64,000 nucleotides of DNA from a virus. Both the position numbers and the translations under genes were made by a program. Location: IMG/VR virus record IMGVR_UViG_3300034101_005931, positions 22,259-86,258 of that record. One strand, given 5' to 3'. A model generated the notes under the pieces. The model was not told the DNA's origin. It did no database searches and worked only from the letters and a program-made list of their open reading frames with translations. Below are positions 28,074 to 37,719 of the stretch, piece after piece (position 1 is the stretch's first letter; each line of letters begins with the position of its first letter).

Positions 28074-29249
28074 TTAACAAAATCCCATTCGCTTTTCTTG
28101 GACTAATTCCTTCGACAAAATAACGTCGTCTGAATCAGTATTGAATATCTCGGCCAAAGTCATTGGCTCAGTTGCTTTGTATTTGATTTTATTAGCGTCG
28201 AGTATTTTCTGACAATGTTCAATAGGGAGTTTATCGAATTTATACTCACCTTTAATTCGACCTTTGCGTAGTAAGGCCTTATCAATATCTTGTCTCGGGC
28301 TATTATAAGTAGCGATAATAGAAATATTGAATACATTACCCATAATACCATCAGTTAAATTTAAAATTGACGAAACCAATGAAGATGATGACCCTCCATC
28401 ACGAGCTAATAACGCTTTTTCTGCATCTTCAATTACAAGAATGCTGTGTTTCTTTTTAAGAAGAATAGGTAAGAAAGAAGGATCACTTAATGCTTCAATT
28501 AATGCGACAGGTAGATAAATTAGATCTCTGTCTGTTTGCGAGGCGAGATATTTAATATATGTTGTTTTACCTGTACCAGGTTCACCGTGTAGAAGATAAA
28601 GCCCAGCTTCATTGAGTTTGAGACTTTCAATCATCCTATCATGAAAGTGTTTAAAGTTTTCAGGGTAATAATCATCTACTGAAAACCCTTCTGGCACCTC
28701 TGTCTCAAATGGCTCAAAACGAACACCACCGTGGTCATCCCTAAATATGGCGTAGATAGTATTTTCTAGTTGCTCTTCAAATAAGAAAGTCTCGAAATCA
28801 CTTAAAGGGGGTACTGTACCTGGCTTAAAGTAAATATCAATAGTATAAAGCTTTGGCTTTTTATCCTGTTTTTTGGAGCGTTTACGTGATGACTCGCAAT
28901 CGAATCTAATGATACTTTCCTTGTAGAGGAAGCCTCCCTTGTAGTCACTGTTATCTTCTTCAAAGAAGTCAATATCATATGGATCGTAGATTGTTGTACC
29001 GGATTTTTTATTAGGTATAGTTGTTACTTCGGAGATAACTTTTCCATTTTTGCGAAGAAAATTAATTAACTCCTCTGTAAATGTTTTTCTAACATGAATA
29101 ACACTCGGAATACATTTAAACAGATCGTTGAAAATGATCGCTGTTGGTACAAGATCAGGTGTATGCGAAGGCTCATAATACTCTCTGCCTGGGGTTGTAA
29201 TAAAAACATCACCTTGACCGAAATTTTGCGGTATAGGTAATTTACTCAT
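28074..29249 (-). CDS. AAA+ ATPase
   Basis: GEPGTGKT Walker A, LVIEDAE Walker B, LLRKGR Arg finger. Confidence 0.9.
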   Translation of the reverse strand: MSKLPIPQNFGQGDVFITTPGREYYEPSHTPDLVPTAIIFNDLFKCIPSVIHVRKTFTEELINFLRKNGKVISEVTTIPNKKSGTTIYDPYDIDFFEEDNSDYKGGFLYKESIIRFDCESSRKRSKKQDKKPKLYTIDIYFKPGTVPPLSDFETFLFEEQLENTIYAIFRDDHGGVRFEPFETEVPEGFSVDDYYPENFKHFHDRMIESLKLNEAGLYLLHGEPGTGKTTYIKYLASQTDRDLIYLPVALIEALSDPSFLPILLKKKHSILVIEDAEKALLARDGGSSSSLVSSILNLTDGIMGNVFNISIIATYNSPRQDIDKALLRKGRIKGEYKFDKLPIEHCQKILDANKIKYKATEPMTLAEIFNTDSDDVILSKELVQEKRMGFC

Positions 29250-29457
29250 ACTGGGATTCAATAATTTCTTTTTCTTTCCAGATTTTTCTTGTGATGACTT
29301 CATGTTCGTTTTCTAATTCTGCAAGTTTTTGATTATAAAATTCTACAGATAATTTATCGATAGCACTTAATAAAAGCTCTCCATATTTTATAGACTCGTT
29401 GTGAATTTTATCAAGTTGCTTATTTAACCATACTAACGTATCTATGTGTAGGTTCAT
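29242..29457 (-). CDS. hypothetical protein
   Basis: Overlaps the ATPase start. Confidence 0.6.
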   Translation of the reverse strand: MNLHIDTLVWLNKQLDKIHNESIKYGELLLSAIDKLSVEFYNQKLAELENEHEVITRKIWKEKEIIESQYE

Positions 29458-29493
29458 TGTCTGGATAGTAATGTGATATTTTTAAAATGCAAG

Positions 29494-29565
29494 CATCCTC
29501 GACGGGATTCGAACCCGTGATAGCTCCGTGAAAGGGAGCTGTGATAACCGCTTCACTACGAGGAC
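29494..29565 (-). tRNA. tRNA-Glu(TTC)
   Basis: gctcc-ctTTCac-ggagc. Confidence 0.92.
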
Positions 29566-29751
29566 ATATAAATTATTTAACTTCTGATACTTTTAAAATT
29601 CTAAATTTGACTTTAAGACCATGCTCTTGATATGATTTAACCTCTCTTCTTGCATCTTCAAGAGAGCTATAATCTGTAAAAGTGTGACGTATCCATCTTT
29701 TACAGCCTGGTTGGTAATATTCTATAATGTAATGTGTCATAATATCATTTA

Positions 29752-29826
29752 TGGTACCTCGAGTAGGAATCGAACCTACATTAAGGGTTTAGAAGACCCC
29801 TGTCCTATCCGTTGAACGATCGAGGC
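29752..29826 (-). tRNA. tRNA-Arg(TCT)
   Basis: ggggt-ctTCTaa-accct; CCA. Confidence 0.92.
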
Positions 29827-29827
29827 A

Positions 29828-30241
29828 TTAATTTTTTTCCCAAAGACCGTTAGCTAAGTACTTAACCTTTTGTATATAGTTATAGTTTGAGGGTGCACCC
29901 GCTGACCAGTCTTCAGGTCCTAGTAAGCATAATATAAGTATATTCTTTTCTGTATTTTGTGCAAGCCAATAAACATTGTCGGGAACTAATTCAAAATTGT
30001 ATTCGGCTGAATAAATTTTTTGTGTAAGCTCAATTCTTTCTTTAATTTGTAGCGCTTGTTGTTGGATAACATCTGCAATTTGTTTTAAGTTATCAAATTC
30101 ATGCTGTGCTTGTTTTATGGCTAAATTATACTGTTGATCCTTTTTATCCTTTACCTCGATTAAATCGAACTTCGGTGCACCGCGATCTAATGCATAAAGA
30201 GCGCTAGCTTTTTTATAAGGATCGAATTCGGTTATTTGCAT
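29828..30241 (-). CDS. DUF2452-like protein
   Basis: Y..DRGAPKF, AEYNFE, GPEDW pattern. Confidence 0.6.
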   Translation of the reverse strand: MQITEFDPYKKASALYALDRGAPKFDLIEVKDKKDQQYNLAIKQAQHEFDNLKQIADVIQQQALQIKERIELTQKIYSAEYNFELVPDNVYWLAQNTEKNILILCLLGPEDWSAGAPSNYNYIQKVKYLANGLWEKN

Positions 30242-30245
30242 ATGA

Positions 30246-30320
30246 TGGCTCCTAGGGCTGGATTCGAACCAGCAACCGATCGGTTAACAGCCGATTGCTC
30301 TACCGTTGAGCTACCTAGGA
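30246..30320 (-). tRNA. tRNA-Asn(GTT)
   Basis: atcgg-ctGTTaa-ccgat; CCA. Confidence 0.93.
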
Positions 30321-30330
30321 TTTTAAAATG

Positions 30331-30403
30331 TGGCCCCGGTAGGATTCGAACCTACAACCAAGCGATTATGAGCCGCACGCTCTAACCATTGAGCTACAAG
30401 GCC
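30331..30403 (-). tRNA. tRNA(CAT): Ile2 or elongator Met
   Basis: gcgg-ctCATaa-tcgc; acceptor ggccttg/cggggcc. Confidence 0.88.
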
Positions 30404-30441
30404 TTTATATGTAGATAAGTATATATGAATGTTTTTTATAT

Positions 30442-31893
30442 TCAAGAAAATATTTTAACACCATACATTTTTTCCCACTCACCTACATCGTTTAAATCAT
30501 TAATAATTGGTTGGCCCTTTATATTTAGACTGGTGTTCAGTAACATAGGACAACCTGTTTTGTTGTACCATTTTTCTAATAAATCTCTCAGCAAAGAACC
30601 GTCTTTTCCAACAGTCTGAACTCTACTTGAATAATCGTAATGTACAATAGCGGGATACAAATGCGGCTGCAAGCACTGATATGTAAATTGCATATAGGGT
30701 GAATTTCTTTCTTTAGGGATTGTAAAATAATTACTAGCATGCTCTTCTAATATAACAGGTGCAAAAGGTCTAAATTTTTCTCTATGCTTTATGTCGTTTA
30801 CTCGATCCTTTGTACTATTACCTCTTGGGTCTGCAATTAAGCTTCTATTACCTAATGAGCGAGGGCCGAATTCTGCTTTACCGCGCGCTATACCACATAC
30901 CCCATAATTTAAAAGATGATTAACTATTATATCATTTGATATTGTTTCTACTATATTATGACCTAAAAACGGCCCGGGCCAGTGAATATGTTCCTTATGG
31001 TGTGCAAGAAACGAACCAATCGCTGATCCGCTATCACCCGGTGCTGGTATAATCCAAACATTTTTAAAATAATTATAAGCCAGGTTATTAGCTACACAAT
31101 TGAGAGCACAGCCTCCTACTAATACTAAATTTTTACTATTTGTAAGCTCAGTACATTTTTTTAAAATACAATTAAAAAGCTTTTGATAAACATGTTGTGT
31201 TGCGGCCGCAATATCATATATATCTTGTTGTGTTGTTAAATCGGGCCTCCACTGCAAACACCCACGATGCAGATTTTTTTTAATAGATATATTTTTTAAA
31301 TCAATAAAGTCTGTTATAATATCTTTCGTTAAACGCTTAGGATTACCCAAAGCGCTCATTCCCATTAAAATATATTCTTCTTCATTTGGCTTGAGACCGC
31401 ACCGTTGTGTCATTGCTGAGTACCAAAGACCAATGCTATTTGGGTATCTTAAGCTATACACCTTTTTAAGATCTTTATGATGAGCTCTCCATATCGAAAG
31501 TGTTTCAAATTCACCAATTGCATCGATAACTAAAATACATGCGTCATCAAAATGTGAGGTAAAATAACCAGCTGATGCGTGACACAAGTGATGGTTTGAT
31601 GTTTTTATATTACATTTAATATCGTATTTGTTTAAGTACTGTTTTACTGAAAAATATTTTAAATATTGTCCAGAATATATTTGACGAATAAACTTTAACA
31701 AAGGATATTCATACCAATACGCTGTACTAGGCATGCCGTATGATAGTGCTTCATGCACTAAATGTATATTTAAATCAGGGTCATTTTTTATCTTACTATA
31801 TCTTTCAGACTCTGATGCAAAAACTAGCTCTTTGTTTTTAAAGACCGCTAGAGCTGCATTATGGCTACCAGCTGATATGCCCCATTCGATCAT
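30442..31893 (-). CDS. carbamoyltransferase (NodU/CmcH family)
   Basis: HNAA, ERYS, HHLCHA, DAIGE, GGCALN, EFGPRSLGNRS, LNTSLN. Confidence 0.93.
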   Translation of the reverse strand: MIEWGISAGSHNAALAVFKNKELVFASESERYSKIKNDPDLNIHLVHEALSYGMPSTAYWYEYPLLKFIRQIYSGQYLKYFSVKQYLNKYDIKCNIKTSNHHLCHASAGYFTSHFDDACILVIDAIGEFETLSIWRAHHKDLKKVYSLRYPNSIGLWYSAMTQRCGLKPNEEEYILMGMSALGNPKRLTKDIITDFIDLKNISIKKNLHRGCLQWRPDLTTQQDIYDIAAATQHVYQKLFNCILKKCTELTNSKNLVLVGGCALNCVANNLAYNYFKNVWIIPAPGDSGSAIGSFLAHHKEHIHWPGPFLGHNIVETISNDIIVNHLLNYGVCGIARGKAEFGPRSLGNRSLIADPRGNSTKDRVNDIKHREKFRPFAPVILEEHASNYFTIPKERNSPYMQFTYQCLQPHLYPAIVHYDYSSRVQTVGKDGSLLRDLLEKWYNKTGCPMLLNTSLNIKGQPIINDLNDVGEWEKMYGVKIFS

Positions 31894-31962
31894 TTGTATA
31901 TAAAAGGATCAAGCTTACGATAATGTTTCATTCTTCTCTTGTGTTCGAAGTAATTTACAATT

Positions 31963-32721
31963 TTATTCCAAAGAGTTGAGATTCTTGTCAGCATTTATAT
32001 ATTTAACAAGATTTTTTGCTAGTTCAATATGAGCCTCTTGTACAGGGTGACCATAATCATGTAGATCGAATTTAGCAGCAGTGTACCAGAGCTGAAAACA
32101 CCTTTTACCGTCAAAGTCATAAACCTTCATAGCAGGCATTTTTTTCTGTAATTCAAAAATATTTTTAGATTTGAGTAATGGTATATGAATTACGTTAAGA
32201 GAAAAATGTTTTACTATACACTCAACAGCCAGGGCTATATCAGCTGTGTTGTCATATTCATGTGCAAAGTGTTTTAAAAAAAGGTCACTGAGAAAGTTTT
32301 TTTCGCGTACACTTTTTCCTGACGTACAGCCGTGCCATGCGTTTGCTATGCTACCAACCTGCACAAAATCAGTATCGTCTTTAATTAACTCGTTTCCCTT
32401 TAGAGGATAAAAAAATTCTTTGCGAATATGTGAAGTATAACCAAAAAGTATTAAGGGGTCAGTAAACCTATCGATATTTTTAATTAACAGTCTCAAGCTT
32501 CTTTCATTACTACCACCGCTCATTGCGAAATTGTAGCAAGGTACTTTTAATTCGTCTGCAATTAAAGCAGGAAACGCTAGTGGCTTTGTGTAGCTGTCCA
32601 TTTCTGTGATGGATAGCTTACCGTCTTCAAGCAACTTCTTATATTCTTGCCACTTACCGTCAAGCTCTGTCCCTGACATGAAGCTGTCTCCAAAAGCAAC
32701 AATACAAGAATATTTTTTCAT
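31963..32721 (-). CDS. SGNH/GDSL-hydrolase-like protein
   Basis: FGDSF, NFAMSGGSN, DYGHP. Confidence 0.7.
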   Translation of the reverse strand: MKKYSCIVAFGDSFMSGTELDGKWQEYKKLLEDGKLSITEMDSYTKPLAFPALIADELKVPCYNFAMSGGSNERSLRLLIKNIDRFTDPLILFGYTSHIRKEFFYPLKGNELIKDDTDFVQVGSIANAWHGCTSGKSVREKNFLSDLFLKHFAHEYDNTADIALAVECIVKHFSLNVIHIPLLKSKNIFELQKKMPAMKVYDFDGKRCFQLWYTAAKFDLHDYGHPVQEAHIELAKNLVKYINADKNLNSLE

Positions 32722-32726
32722 TTAAA

Positions 32727-32821
32727 TGGTACTCCGGGTGGGACTCGAACCCACATTGCGCCCCCGTCGCGGGACTATCAGGTGTATAAGACCTGCGTGT
32801 TAACCATTACACTACCGGAGC
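32727..32821 (-). tRNA. tRNA-Ile(TAT) with long variable arm
   Basis: caggt-ctTATac-acctg; variable arm gtccc-gcgac-ggggc; CCA. Confidence 0.88.
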
Positions 32822-33159
32822 ATTAAATTATATTTATCAAAAATTAATGCAGGAAGATATTTTTGATCTACAATAATTCTAAGTTCATCAATTTGTGTTT
32901 GTAGAGTTTTAATCTCTCTAGATTGAAGTACAAATACAACAACGAGCATACACAACACAAAGGCATACATAATATCTAAATCAAATTTCATATTAATATT
33001 TTTTAGCATCTCGCTTTCCTTTATCATAAGCTTTTCTCGCGGAAGTTCCAGCTTTATGTGGGCATTTAAAACGCTTATTAAAAGCATTATTGTATCCAGA
33101 GGTATAGCACATTATGTAAACCATTTCAGACATACCTAGTTTTTCCCAATGTTCTTTTC

Positions 33160-33306
33160 TCATTTAGATCTTTTTTTGCCAGCGTCTTTCCGGCGTGTTC
33201 TCGCTTTAGCGCCACCTGCTCTAAGTTGTGCAGCTATTGTATTCCTCGATCCTGTTTTGCCAAAACAGCCCCAATTGCTAACGATTGTGTTTTTCGTTCT
33301 AGCCAT
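33160..33306 (-). CDS. 48-aa very basic peptide
   Basis: Hand-translated MARTKNTIVSNWGCFGKTGSRNTIAAQLRAGGAKARTRRKDAGKKRSK. Confidence 0.55.
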   Translation of the reverse strand: MARTKNTIVSNWGCFGKTGSRNTIAAQLRAGGAKARTRRKDAGKKRSK

Positions 33307-33347
33307 ACATACATAATATATGAATTATAAGAATGTGCAAGGAAAAA

Positions 33348-33418
33348 CTACCTCGCTACGACTCGAACGTAGAAAAGGAGATCCAAATTCTCCTGTGATA
33401 CCATTTCACCACGAGGTA
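33348..33418 (-). tRNA. tRNA-Gln(TTG)
   Basis: ggaga-atTTGga-tctcc; U1:A72. Confidence 0.88.
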
Positions 33419-33421
33419 ATA

Positions 33422-33504
33422 TGGGTAGAGTAGGACTCGAACCTACGAACTCTAATAGAGAGGAGATTTACAGTCTCCGGCAATTGCCACTATGCGATCT
33501 ACCC
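33422..33504 (-). tRNA. tRNA-Tyr(GTA)
   Basis: ggaga-ctGTAaa-tctcc; variable arm. Confidence 0.92.
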
Positions 33505-33565
33505 GTTTATGTTCCAATATTTTAATTGAAGTTTAAGAAAAATTCAACTTCTTTTTTATTTATTA

Positions 33566-33913
33566 TTACGGAACAAGAATAACGTTACCAGAATAAGGAT
33601 CCTTTATTTCTGTATCTGATACATACCCTCTTACATCTATATAACCCTTATCAGAATAAGGGCTTTTTATAAAACCTTTCATATTTGGAACAGGTATTCC
33701 GTAAGAATATTTTACTTGTTCTAATGCTACTAAATTAGTCGGTATGTATCTTAGTATGATAATGCCAGCTAATAAGCCTAGAATGAAAACAGAGACTGAA
33801 CTGTTAATTATAAACGCAAAAAGCAAAGTGACTAATCTGCAGACAAGTGTTACAAAAAACCAGAATACTATAAGTGAACAACATCCTAATAGTATTGTGA
33901 TAAAAACAGTCAC
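33566..33913 (-). CDS. membrane protein
   Basis: Two hydrophobic helices, then GIPVP..SPY..YIDVRG..DPY domain. Confidence 0.65.
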   Translation of the reverse strand: MTVFITILLGCCSLIVFWFFVTLVCRLVTLLFAFIINSSVSVFILGLLAGIIILRYIPTNLVALEQVKYSYGIPVPNMKGFIKSPYSDKGYIDVRGYVSDTEIKDPYSGNVILVP

Positions 33914-34150
33914 ATCATTTATGTTTTATTTTAACAGGAGCAGAGTCCTCGTCTTCATCACGTACTTTGTCTCGTAAAGATGGCGACCGTTTTGATTTCC
34001 GTTCCGGAAAAAAAACCGCTTTCTTTTCTTCTTTAGATAGGCAAGGAAAAATCTCAGAAGAGATGTAGTATTTATTTAATGTAGGAAAAATGCCGTGCAT
34101 ATAACATAATATTATCTTGCATGTTTTTAAAATGCAACTAGATTAACAAT

Positions 34151-34345
34151 ATGAAAAAAATTCATACACAAGTCGTTGTTAACAAAGGCGAAGTTCCTCT
34201 ATTTGATAAAAACATGAATCCTACTAAACTTCCTGTTCTCGAAATTCAGTTCCATAAGGACAGTGAAGTCGTCCGTGAAATAATATCAGAGTCTACAGGG
34301 TATCGGTTATATCGTGAGCTTAAAAATGCTTTAAATTTAAACTGA
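34151..34345 (+). CDS. hypothetical protein
   Basis: ORF with upstream promoter-like sequence. Confidence 0.55.
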   Translation: MKKIHTQVVVNKGEVPLFDKNMNPTKLPVLEIQFHKDSEVVREIISESTGYRLYRELKNALNLN

Positions 34346-34400
34346 GTTCCTAAATTCAGCTTGCGTTCCTAATTCAATTCCGTATAATGGGAGGTGCAAT

Positions 34401-35471
34401 ATGAATGCAACACTAGTCCAAGAATATGACAAACGCGCAACTGGCTTGCGTGAAGTCATTAGTAACTACAATAAAGAACCGGTTCAGTTGTCCCGAATCG
34501 ATAAATCACAAAATCATTTTGAGTATAATGGGGTCGAGGTCGGCCACAATGCTCTTAAAGATCTTTTGAATATCTTTTCGGTCAAACAGAACTTGATTTC
34601 TGAAATCAAAAACGACAAAGAGCAGTGGCTGCCCCTGCATCACGCGCTCTCTAATATTAAGAACGACCGTATTATTACGGCTGTTGTAAACCGTAACAGC
34701 AAAAGTCCGTATATCTCTCGCTTCTTTGATGAGAAGCTTGACGAGGCACAACCTCTTAAGCTCGAACCTGGCATTGATTTGATGCGCGGTTTCCTCGAGA
34801 ACACAGAACGTGATCTCATGATCCGTAATCTGGAGTTCAATTCTGAAACTCTTCAGATTGATCTTCGTGTTCAAGATAAGACCACAAACATCGATGTGTT
34901 TGGTGATGGAGAAGATAAATGGAACCCCGGGTTTGGTATCGGCTATGGTGAGACTAAGACCTCGGTTGCTCCTTACTATCTCCGTTTGGTCTGTACTAAT
35001 GGTATGACGGCTGCACAAGAGATTGTTCAGCGTTATTTCAATACACGTGAGATGAAGCAGAGCTCTTTTAACAAGCTCATCAACGGTGTTATTGAGCGTG
35101 ACGTTGTTCAAGTATGTAAGACTAACGCTAAGCGCCTGCAAAACAATAATGTTAGCTTACGCGAGTTTTTCGCTGCTAAGAATATTGTTCGTCCTGATAA
35201 CAAGGATCTCCAGCTCGATTATTTCGACGACAAGGAGATTCAGGAAGCCTACAAACCGTATGCAATTCGCTACCGGAACAAGCGTTGGCTTTCCTCGGCG
35301 AACTCTAACGTTAATGCATACGAGTTCTTTAATAGGCTCACTCATGCAGCGACGCACCAGCCTCGTCTGCAGGGGTCTACTAGAATGGCTCTGAATGCTC
35401 TGGCATCGAGCTTGTTCTTCAAAGGACCGGATCTCGCTTTTCAAGCGCCGAATCCTTTCGGAAGAAACTAA
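34401..35471 (+). CDS. DUF932/DUF945-like protein
   Basis: YLRLVCTNGM motif, NAYEFFNRLTH; own promoter, GGAGGT SD and terminator. Confidence 0.7.
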   Translation: MNATLVQEYDKRATGLREVISNYNKEPVQLSRIDKSQNHFEYNGVEVGHNALKDLLNIFSVKQNLISEIKNDKEQWLPLHHALSNIKNDRIITAVVNRNSKSPYISRFFDEKLDEAQPLKLEPGIDLMRGFLENTERDLMIRNLEFNSETLQIDLRVQDKTTNIDVFGDGEDKWNPGFGIGYGETKTSVAPYYLRLVCTNGMTAAQEIVQRYFNTREMKQSSFNKLINGVIERDVVQVCKTNAKRLQNNNVSLREFFAAKNIVRPDNKDLQLDYFDDKEIQEAYKPYAIRYRNKRWLSSANSNVNAYEFFNRLTHAATHQPRLQGSTRMALNALASSLFFKGPDLAFQAPNPFGRN

Positions 35472-35490
35472 TCTTCTGAGACGCACAACT

Positions 35491-35523
35491 AAACCCGAGG
35501 GCGAAAGCCCTCGGGTTTTTTTA
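35491..35523 (+). terminator. Rho-independent terminator
   Basis: aaacccgagggc-gaaa-gccctcgggttt plus T-tract. Confidence 0.9.
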
Positions 35524-35576
35524 TAAAATTTATAAAATTTTCTTGATTAGATCTAAGTTTCATATATACTACATGT

Positions 35577-36167
35577 ATGAACGCAAAACACCAATTCAAA
35601 TATACCTATAACGAAGGCTGTGAAGATTTCTCTCCAGTCGAAGTAACCTTTGACATGCCTGGAGATGTCACCATTCGTCAAATGCTCTGGAACTTTGAGT
35701 GCTATCTTAAAGCTTGTGGCTTCTATTTTGATGGACACTTGGAAGTGGTCCCAGAAGGTGGCTATGATTTAGAAGACGAAGTTGAGGAAGAGCCTCCTTA
35801 TTGCTGTATGGGTGATAGTGATTGCTGTGAAGAGAGTGAAGAGTACAAAGCAGAAAAGCTTAAAGAGTGGAGTGAAGGCATTGCTAAACTTGATAACGAG
35901 CAAAAAAAGAAAGCTAATGAAGATGCTCGTAAAATGTCTGATCTCCATTACGAAGCTACAAAAGAAGTGGTTAAGAATAAATGGGTTCATGGTATCTGTA
36001 ATCCTCCTTCGCCAGATTGGAAGGCAAGTAATTCAGATAATTACTGGAACAGCGCAAAAACCATCGAAAGGGAGCGCGATTGGGCAATGGCGGAAATCGC
36101 CAAACTCCAAATGAAATTGGAGGGCATTAATGAAGCAAGTAATTCAGATAATTGCTGGAACAGCTAA
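35577..36167 (+). CDS. hypothetical protein with internal 30-bp repeat
   Basis: FECYLKACGF domain; repeat 36024-36053 / 36135-36164. Confidence 0.7.
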   Translation: MNAKHQFKYTYNEGCEDFSPVEVTFDMPGDVTIRQMLWNFECYLKACGFYFDGHLEVVPEGGYDLEDEVEEEPPYCCMGDSDCCEESEEYKAEKLKEWSEGIAKLDNEQKKKANEDARKMSDLHYEATKEVVKNKWVHGICNPPSPDWKASNSDNYWNSAKTIERERDWAMAEIAKLQMKLEGINEASNSDNCWNS

Positions 36168-36168
36168 T

Positions 36169-36498
36169 ATGAAAAAAGTTAAATCAGTAACTATTATTAA
36201 ACACTATACCTCTGATAGAACTACTATCACAGAAGATCATTATACTCAACATAATGAGCATCCGGAAGATAGGATCTTTAAAGATAGAGAATACATTAAA
36301 AGGCTTCAAGAACATATTGATTATGTCTTTGAACACCTGGACCATGATCTCAGACTGAATGATAAGGGCAGGGATTGGCTCTTTGATTATATCTTTAATG
36401 AAGATAGCAAAGATATTGAGTTTGAAGAGTACTTGGCAAAGTATAATGTCAAGTATGAGGATTGTGTTACTTCAAACAAATGGTATCATAATCAATGA
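36169..36498 (+). CDS. hypothetical protein
   Basis: Packed ORF. Confidence 0.65.
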   Translation: MKKVKSVTIIKHYTSDRTTITEDHYTQHNEHPEDRIFKDREYIKRLQEHIDYVFEHLDHDLRLNDKGRDWLFDYIFNEDSKDIEFEEYLAKYNVKYEDCVTSNKWYHNQ

Positions 36499-36645
36499 CT
36501 AACGAACAATTAGAACTATTACTCAAGTATATTGACATGAGAGATAGTCATTATAATCATGTAGCAAAAACACCTGAAGGATATAGTTTAGGTTACTCTG
36601 ATGAAGAAGCAGAAATTAGACAAGATCTAAGATGGACATTACAAG

Positions 36646-37014
36646 ATGAAAAAGAAATCTAAAAAAGAACTAGACTTAGACTTTGAAGGTTTTAAACCTT
36701 TAAGCTGTTCAAGCATCATTGCAGAAGCTAAAAATTTTAATTGGACTTCTGAAAAAAGAGTATTCACCTATAGTAGGTTCAATAACTTCTTTTTTGAAGA
36801 AGTCTTTAATAGAATAGAAAGACCAGAAATTGATCTTCAATGTTCTTTAGGTGCTATAGCAACATTGTTAGAAATTAATCCTTATTGGCAATGGGATGGA
36901 ACACCGGGACAGAGTAAGCTAACAATTGCTTCTTGTGTTGCTAATTGCTTTGTGGACTTTACTTTGGCAGGTATTACTATTATGTGGAATAAAAGGCTAA
37001 TAGTAACTGATTAA
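36646..37014 (+). CDS. hypothetical protein
   Basis: Packed ORF. Confidence 0.6.
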   Translation: MKKKSKKELDLDFEGFKPLSCSSIIAEAKNFNWTSEKRVFTYSRFNNFFFEEVFNRIERPEIDLQCSLGAIATLLEINPYWQWDGTPGQSKLTIASCVANCFVDFTLAGITIMWNKRLIVTD

Positions 37015-37656
37015 ATGAAATATAGCATCAAAGAAGTAAAGCCTAATGTCTTTGCTGTTATAGTAAAAGACAAATATGATAGGGCTATGCTGTTCTGTAG
37101 AGCTCAGGAGTACTATGAATCTCCTAATGCTAAGTTCCGTAATAAGTCCTTTTCAATCTGGGACTACATGAAGTGGTATAATGAAAAGTATGGTAAGGGC
37201 TTTAGTTATGGTGCTGATTGGTCAGGGTTCAATATTCCTTTGAAGGTAATTACTCAATGCTATAACAGACTAGGTAAATTTGAATCTCCTTATGACAAAG
37301 TCATGTATGACATTGTGGTAAAGATTAATAAGAAATGCCTCTTTGATGATGGGTATGTTATTGCTTGTGGAGATACAAAAGGGGATACCTTTAAGCATGA
37401 AGTATGTCATGCCCTGTATTATACAGATAAAGACTACAAAAAGAGGATGGATAATCTGACTAAATCTCTTCCTCAAGAACACTATAACATCTTCAAAAAG
37501 AATCTATTAGAAATGGGCTATACAGTAAAAGTAATTGATGATGAGATTCAAGCCTACCTTCAATATGACTTTGATCACTATGACTTTGGAAAAGGTGTTG
37601 CTTTAAAAGTAAGAAAAGAGTATAACAAATTTTATCTTAATGAAAGAGATAAATAA
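37015..37656 (+). CDS. phage protein with HExxH motif
   Basis: RAQEYYESP, WSGFNIP, KHEVCHA, DEIQAY. Confidence 0.7.
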   Translation: MKYSIKEVKPNVFAVIVKDKYDRAMLFCRAQEYYESPNAKFRNKSFSIWDYMKWYNEKYGKGFSYGADWSGFNIPLKVITQCYNRLGKFESPYDKVMYDIVVKINKKCLFDDGYVIACGDTKGDTFKHEVCHALYYTDKDYKKRMDNLTKSLPQEHYNIFKKNLLEMGYTVKVIDDEIQAYLQYDFDHYDFGKGVALKVRKEYNKFYLNERDK

Positions 37657-37719
37657 TTATGCTGATAAATTCAATTAGCAATTATTTAAAAATACTGCTA
37701 ATAGAAATAAATATAATAT

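Noticed and set aside
33160-33306. Histone H3 tail mimic (MARTK...)
   Set aside because: The similarity covers only the first few residues of a basic peptide in a bacterial virus; likely chance.
34506-35486. Long antisense and alternative-frame ORFs over the DUF932-like gene
   Set aside because: Shadow ORFs arising from the codon bias of the real plus-strand gene.
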